This document shows positions 55,901 to 64,000 of a stretch of DNA of 64,000 bases, in pieces. The DNA is taken from positions 86,738,001-86,802,000 of the forward strand of contig OZ024742.1 of NCBI GenBank assembly GCA_964016885.1, read 5' to 3'. Position 1 is the first letter of the stretch; each line of letters begins with the position of its first letter. The stretch is from Eledone cirrhosa. Its lineage: Eukaryota. The position numbers were made by a program, and so were the translations under genes. The notes beneath the pieces are model-generated. The model saw nothing but the letters and a program-made list of their open reading frames with translations, had not been told where the DNA came from and searched no databases.

Positions 55901-55909
55901 CTATTCTTT

Positions 55910-55945
<36 letters not shown>

Positions 55946-56149
55946 CAATTTACCTTCATGTATATTTGTGTACAGATATGTATTTGAATTTCGTATTTCA
56001 GAAGAAATACGGTATATTTAAAATAAATGGGGAACACCAAATAATCTCGCCTGTTTTCAAAGTCCAGCAGTTGCAAGAGTTGGAGGGACCGTGCTGATGA
56101 GTACCGCTGCAGTTAGAAATGCGCATCCACAATTACCTGGTGGTGTACT

Positions 56150-56620
<471 letters not shown>

Positions 56621-56649
56621 TATAATGTATAATAAACAATACAATATAA

Positions 56650-56723
56650 TTACCTCATTACCAGATGTTTCCTGAATAAAACGAATACGAAAATCATCAT
56701 CATTCCTTCGTCGGATAAGACAT
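56650..56723 (-). ncRNA. Hammerhead family K variant (U4C), decayed
   Basis: Reverse complement: CCGACGA-aggaatga..tattcag-GAAA-catctgg-TA-atgaggtaa. Confidence 0.62.
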
Positions 56724-56799
56724 TTTAAAACATAGTGAGATATTTGAAAAATCTTCTCAGGAATGGCAAAAGTTTAACAGGCAAAAATAATATAAATAA

Positions 56800-56991
56800 A
56801 AATAATTGTTTCTACTTTAGGCACAAGGCCAGCAATTATCCAGTGCATTACTGGTACTTTATTTTATCGACCCCGTAAGGATGAAAGGCAAAGTCAACCT
56901 CGGCGGGATTTGAACTCAGATTGTAAAGGGACGTAACTATGCTGTAAAGCATGGCGTCCGACCCTCTACCGATACTGCCAATCCACCGCCC
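56800..56991 (-). mobile_element. Full tRNA-SINE inserted in the left PLE arm only
   Basis: Complete consensus; absent from the right arm near 60280. Confidence 0.88.
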
Positions 56992-57669
56992 TTAAAAATA
57001 ATGCAAGAGAAACATGAAAAAATAAGGAAATATAGTTAGGGTATGTGTATAAATGTGTGTATATTCACTCACAAATGTACATATGTGTGTATATAGAAAT
57101 GCATGTGTATAGTGAAAAAATATGTGCGTAAGTACATATATGAGGGCAAGAATATCAGTGTATATGTTACCACAAATACGTATATAATATATGTTGAAAA
57201 AGGAATTGTAAGATAATAGAGTTAACGTACATCCAGATACTGGGACTAAGGAATGAAATATACACACATACAAGTATGAAAGCACGCGTATAAACACACA
57301 CGCACGTGCGATCACACACATGTGAGTGATATATAGAGGGAATCGAGTCAATCAGCCAAGGTGGTGTCAGTCCGAGGCTCGATACATCTAAAAATGAAAC
57401 AATATAAGAGAATAACAATTTTTAAATCAAAGAGAAAGTAAGAAGGAGGGGTTATCAATTATAAATTAACACTAGAAAAAAAGAAATCAAACATAGGTTC
57501 GTACGTACATACACATATATATATATAAATATATATATATAAATACGTACAGACAAAAGCACATACATGCGTATATACATACAGAGACGCGCATACATAC
57601 ACACGAAGCACATATATATATAATCACACGTACGTACGCGACTATATATATATATATACACACATACAT

Positions 57670-57737
<68 letters not shown>

Positions 57738-60354
57738 GCATATACACACACATTCACCCATACACACACACACACACGTATATATAATTAAAGGTAAGTG
57801 AAGAACAAGAGCTTATGGAGGATAAGTATCTGAAAGTGAGTTAAGTTTATATGAGCTGGAAAGCAAGTGTGATTTCATGTGTGGGCAACGGCGAAAATTT
57901 CTGTTTTTGCATTTAGGCAGGTTTTTGGGTGATTTAAGTTTTTGTAAAATCCAATATTTTTCACTTATGCAGAGTGTGCATCTTCTTACCTTGGTCTTTC
58001 AAATCCCATATTCTGCTAGCCAGAGCTGTTGTAGATGTTTTTAAGGATGTCGAAAGATGCGACATGTGGGTAATAATGCGTTTTGAATTAGTCTTAAAAT
58101 AACCATTGACACTAAACTTTCCAATGTTAATTTTCGAGATATAAACCTAGATCTGCCTACTGCTTCTTATAAACCGTACCATAAACCTAATGAAAATTTA
58201 AAATATATAAATACAGGCTCTTGCTATCCTCCTATAGTTTTTAAAAACCTTATCCCTAATATTAGCGGTAGGATCTCCACCTCTCTTCCTCAGAAGCTAT
58301 TTTCAATAAGGCATCCCCCTACTATAATGAAGCCCATTCAAAACCACGGATCCAGCGAACCGATTAAGTACATACCCAACAATACTAACTCCTTTAAACA
58401 TAATAATAGGAAAATAAAAATAATATGGTTCACACCCAATACTCTTTAGCAGTTAAAACTAATGTAGGCAAAACTTTCCCAGAGCTCTTAGATAAACATT
58501 TCCCTAGAACGCATAGATACTATAAGATCTTCAATAGAAACTGTGCCAAAATTAGCTACTCCTGCGGTCCCCCTATTACATCTTATATCCTCAATAAGAA
58601 AACACCCAGAGAACATCAAAATTGCTCCTGCAACACCAAAGCCATTGTATATGCGGCTAAAGTGACAACCATCAGCAAAAACCTACCAGCCACCACCGAA
58701 CGATATGTGGGTATGACACAAGACAAATTGAAAACGCGTTATTACTCACATGTCGCATATTCTGACGTCCTGAAAAAAGATTTAAAACAGCTCTGGCTAG
58801 CAGAATATGGGATTTGATAGACCAAGGTATCCAATATAAATTGGATTGGTCAATTTTGACCCAATCTAAAGAATAGGCAAGAGGAACAAGAGGATGCACA
58901 CTCTGCATAAGTGAAAAATATTGGATTTTACAGAAACTTAAATCACCAAAAACCTGCCTAAATGCAAAAACAGAAATTTTCACCAGTTGCCCACACATGA
59001 AATCACACTTGCTTTCCATCTCATATAAACTTAACTCACTTTCTGATACTTACCCTCCATAAACTCTTGTTCTTCAGTTTCCTTTAATTATACTCTTTAC
59101 AAACTTCTCTTTCTAATTTATTTTTAACTTTATTTTTATTTTTATTTTTATTTTTATTTTTATTTTTATTTTTATTTTTATTTTTACTTCACATCCATCA
59201 GTGACTCTCCCCCGTACTTTTTGATTCACTTACTTAATTTCATCACAATTCCACATTTTACTTCCCCATTTTCTTTCATTACCTGTTATCGAATGTCACT
59301 TGAGTTTTCAACTCCAGATGTATTCTTTTGCTTCCCAGCCGCTTTTATATTTCTACTCATTTATTCATACGGCTGGTTTATAATGTGTATCTATGCGTGT
59401 GAGTGTGCAAGTGTGTGTATGCGTTCTGCATATGTATATGAACGCCTCCGTATGTGTGCGTGTGTGTGTATATATATGTGTGTGTGTGTGTTTTTTTATA
59501 TCTATGTTTTTTACATACTTATATATACGTGTGTGTATGGGTGAATGTATGTGTATATGCATGTATATATATATATATACATATGTATGTCTATGTATAT
59601 GTGTATATGTATACATATAGTCGCGTACATACGTCTGATTAGATATACATGTGCCGATATATATATATGTGCTTCGTGTGTATGTATGCGTGCCTCTGTA
59701 TGTATGTACGCATGTATGTGCTTTTGTCTGTAAGTATTTATATATATATTTATATATATGTGTGTGTACGTACGAACCTATGTTTGTTTTCATTTTTTCT
59801 AGTGTTAATTTATAATTGATAACCCCTCCCACTTACTTTCTATTTGATTTAAACTTTTTTATTCTCTTATATTGTTTTATTTGTATATGTATCGATCCTC
59901 AGACTGACACCACTTGGCTGATAGACTCCCTTGCCTCTATATATCACTCGCATGTGTGTGATCGCGCGTGCGTGTGTGTTTATACGCGTGCGTTCATACT
60001 TGTATGTGTGTATATTTCAACCCTTAGTACCTGTATCTGGATGTACGTTAACTCTATTATCTTACAATTCCTTTTTCAACATATATTATATACGTATTTG
60101 TGGTCACACATACACTGATATGCTTGCCCTCATGTATGTACTTACGCACATATGTTTTCACGATACACATGCATGTGTATATACACACATGTGTACATTT
60201 GTGAGTGAATATACACACATTTATACACATACCCTAACTATATTTCCTTATTTTTTTATATATCTCTTGCATTACTTTTATTAATATTGTTTTTGCCCGT
60301 TAAACTTTTGCTTTTTTTTAGGAGATTTTTCAAATATTTCACTATGTTTTAAAC

Positions 60355-60426
60355 TGCCTTAACCGACGAAGGAATGATGACGTTTTTCGTATTCGTCTTA
60401 TTCGGAAACCTCTGGTAATGAGGTAA
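60355..60426 (+). ncRNA. Hammerhead family K variant (U4C)
   Basis: tgccttaa-CCGACGA-aggaatga...ttattcg-GAAA-cctctgg-TA-atgaggta. Confidence 0.72.
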
Positions 60427-60560
60427 TTATATTGTATTCCTTATTATACATTAAATTTAGCTCTGACACTTACATAGAGCACTCTTCACATCTATGACTC
60501 TCTCATTTTTCAACGGAAACTTCAATACATATATATATGTGTGTGTAAGTGTGTGTGTGT

Positions 60561-60654
<94 letters not shown>

Positions 60655-62630
60655 AAAATAACTCTTACAAACATGATACAGTTTTATTTTTTTATAATAT
60701 AGATTTATAATTTGGTGATGCGACAGGATTAGTGAAAGTCTGGGGTGATTTTAAATAGCTTCCGGTGGACAGTTAAAACATTCCATCTAGAGAGGAAATA
60801 GTCGACCATAGAAATGGATTTTCGGAAAGCAAGGATTTATGAACAAGTTAAGTATGAACCCATATTGTATGTTTGTGTATCTGTGTATGCCTTTACGCAT
60901 ACGTTTTACATTGTGTAAGATGTCATATACGAGTATATAATACTTGCATGGGAGTGCCCATAAGTATGTATGCGTTCTAATATGTACTAATATGTACTAA
61001 TATATATATATATATATATAAGAAATAAGTCCCTAGAATCATTTGATAAAATATATACAGTATTTCCTCTCCCAATCAGCATAATCAACCACATAAAAAT
61101 TCAATTAAATGACGCTATAAGTTTAAAATGTACCTATGAAGAAACAATAGATAAATAAACGATAGCTATTTTATCCACGATCCACAGCCACAGAAAATTT
61201 ACCTAGTAATTCTAATAGCCCGTAGTAATTGACTAGACATATAGTTAATCATTTATTCATATATTATTCAGCAAAAAATGTTCTCTTTAGTGATTATATC
61301 ATCTGATTTTTTTTATTCTCACCCGGATTTAGGTTCAACCGATATCAACCCTAAAATATCACCTCTAATTTATCTGGATTCTAATGTTCCTAATCTAAGA
61401 CTCACCCTTAAGGCTAAACAAGATGAAACATACTCTAACTTCTATAATCTGTTCCTTCAACTTCTAAGAGTGTTTATGATGACTTCAACTAAATATAACG
61501 ATTTTTTCAAACTCAGAAACGAAACTGATCTAATATTCACTGGTATGTGTCTGTTAAATAGAATCCAAATTTTCGGAATGGTTACAATGAATTCGAAATT
61601 GAAATGTTTGCAGAAATACATACGCAGCGGTTAAGATAAATAAAAATATTGAATACACATGTAAAAATCCTTTAACTGATATCCCTTAAACTAATTCATT
61701 CTTATTTACATTTGAATGCATGTATGATGCACACACATAAACACTACGTACACGAATACGCATGTACTTACGCATACACACAAATACTCATTTACATGTC
61801 CAGTTAGAAAGGAAATATGTCTTTGAGGAGATTTAATAAGACACATATATCTGATATATCTTGACTTTGCCAAGAACTTACTTAATGTGGGTCGTAGAGA
61901 CAACGATGAGAGTAGCTGCTTCACTTTTTAAATACTGACTCAGCTGATAACCACCTACCAAATGACACATGAATAGCAAGTTATATCACCGTGAAATCGG
62001 TTTGGTGCTGCTGCTGATTTCGGTGGTTTTCTCAGACATTCCCTCTCGAGTACAGGTAGCAGCTCCCGCTATATTTGCCAATGACTAGAATAGAGCACAG
62101 GCAATTACAAATAAGACTGATGCTACCTTATTACAATGATATTTGTAGGCTAAACCCGAATGCGCCGAGAACAATATATGAAGTGTAACGACAGAACATT
62201 TGAATCCATCCACCAGCTAATCCAATGTCACCGTAATAAAAGTTATGTGGGACAAGTAGTAATCGAAATTCCCGAGTCTAAACAAATGCGTGATTGGGAA
62301 TTGTTATGAGCAACGATGCATCGTAGCATGCATACATCACGAAGATAGAGGTGATGTGCCCACGAGTTTTGGGATATTCTGTGAAATCTTTAAGGATAAT
62401 TTACCGAGAAACCATGTGGTACGCTGAAGGATATCTGACTTCAGCCGAGTGCATTATTACTCCTAGTTGTAGTCACCCACATTACAAATTTAAGGGCAGC
62501 ACTTGAAACACCCAATGAAGCTACGGCAATATAATATTCTCAGTAAAAAAATATATATTGCTGCAAGAGGGAGAATGTAAAAACATTCTACTTCTTGGAG
62601 CGGATATATATATATATATATATATATATA

Positions 62631-62682
62631 AGATCAAAAGATGGTTAAAAGAGTTCCATGTATTTTAACCATCTTTTGATCT
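62631..62682. repeat. 20-bp-arm inverted repeat in a small (TA)n-flanked insert
   Basis: agatcaaaagatggttaaaa / ttttaaccatcttttgatct. Confidence 0.8.
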
Positions 62683-63494
62683 CATATATTATTTATACTC
62701 CAGTCCTACAAACTGTACAGTGCTACTTATCCGATATCTGCATTGCTTTATTGTACTACAATAAAACTCACCTCCTACTTTATATATATATATATACATA
62801 CATATGGTAGATATGGGAAAAGCTAGCATCAAACTTTGATATTTCAAGCTGGACTCGTTGCAAGCAGAGAGCCAGAGCCTAAGGCCAAATGCCCCATCAA
62901 TCTCATTTAGAATAAGGCAAGATACTAAAAATAAATTTGGGTTTCAATTTATTCCAGCTTTTAAAAATGCTGTCAATAACAATGAGAGGTCTCTGTCTGA
63001 ATATACATGTGAAGGAGAATCTCGATATTCTGCTATATATGATTGCATAGGAAGAAATTGCAAGAAAGATATGTGCAGCAATGATGTATCCGCACATGCT
63101 GAAATTGCCAAACAAAGAAGAACGGTTATAGAAAATGTTGCATCAGAAAGGGTTACCAAGCATTGAATAAGCCAGTCGACTGGGAGAGGTAACAGCGTAA
63201 TGTGCTATATAATGATATATTTTAATGATATTTATAAACAAAAAACGTGAACGTGAAACTGGTTGAGTATTACACCAAACCTTATGAACTGATATCACGG
63301 GAGGATTCTGCTTGGCATAGTATGTAAAACACCCCAGCCTTTGAATTACATGTACGGTCAATCCGAGAAGCTTCCAATATGATATGATATGGCTTTATAA
63401 TTATATTTACAATGCTTGAATCGAACCAAAGACATTCTAAATGCGTGCGTATGTAAATTCCTATAGAACCTAGACAAAGATCATTCAAAGAGTT

Positions 63495-64000
63495 TGATTT
63501 ACAATAATATTTCTTGATATGACATGAAAGGGACATGGCATTAGAATCTGCGGAATACCACCTCAATAGAACGGTAAAATGTACTTTGACATGTGCTACT
63601 TATAACCATGAGGAACTCGTGGGATCCCACATCGAACTAGTAACAGTTTTGGTGCCGAGGAAACGCACAAACGGTAACAGAGGAGAAACTATGTTAGCAA
63701 ACGTATGAAATGCGATTCTCTCGTAGCATAACACAATGGTCCCAAACGAACAAATATAATTCATTCACACACACACACACACGCACACACACAGATATAT
63801 ATATATATATATACATATACATGCATATATATAAATGTGATTTACAATAAGATTTCTTGATTTGACATGAAAGGGACATGGCTTTAGAATCTGCGGAATA
63901 CTACCTCAGAAGTACGGTAAAAGGTACTTTGACATGTGCTACCTATAATCATGAGAAACTCGGGGGATCCCACATTGAAATAGTGCTAGGTTTGGTTCGG
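63495..64000. repeat. Diverged direct repeat of at least 160 bp, ~343 bp apart, running off the window end
   Basis: gatttacaataa..tttcttgat..gacatgaaagggacatggc..ttagaatctgcggaatac at ~63495 and ~63839. Confidence 0.8.

Larger units (their letters stand above)
56625..60530 (+). mobile_element. Second, more decayed copy of the 46.8-50.1 kb PLE family with inverted arms and an inverted GIY-YIG piece
   Basis: 58095-59060 is homologous to 47880-48840; 56625-57780 is inverted relative to ~59450-60450; 57780-58090 is an inverted GIY-YIG end. Confidence 0.9.

Noticed and set aside
61468-61540. tatgatga...cgaaactgatcta resembling a hammerhead
   Set aside because: A at position 3, weak stem II and an incomplete stem III.
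62858-63166. 102-aa ORF with a possible tttag acceptor
   Set aside because: No recognisable domain or partner exon; cannot distinguish an exon from a TE relic.
63605-63685. atgagga-actcg..cgag-gaaac..gta resembling a hammerhead
   Set aside because: No stem I pairing, the core is broken, and the second repeat copy differs.

Overview
Eukaryotic, AT-rich, repeat-dominated genomic DNA, most likely intronic or intergenic. The recurrent tRNA-derived SINE resembles octopod cephalopod SINEs (recognised from memory, not searched). Nearly all ORF-track hits are (TA)n/(CA)n artefacts. The real content is: many degenerate Penelope-like retroelements (PLEs; RT plus GIY-YIG, several of Naiad type) inserted into (TA)n microsatellites, often with inverted pseudo-LTRs; two Helitron remnants; a mariner remnant interrupted by a CRE-like retrotransposon; RTE and Tx1 LINE fragments; about 10 SINE copies or fragments; and two probable host exons of unknown identity. 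The most striking feature is read directly from the sequence: about 22 type I hammerhead ribozyme (HHR) motifs from about 11 distinct families. They include U3-A8 compensated cores, U4C cores, long stem II insertions and palindromic stem IIIs. Three families occur as ORF-less tandem repeats of 483-687 nt (retrozyme-like). Also notable are a Naiad-type PLE with an in-frame UGA at a conserved Zn-finger Cys plus a SECIS-like hairpin, and three insertions bracketed by inverted duplications of flanking DNA. All folds and alignments were done by eye.
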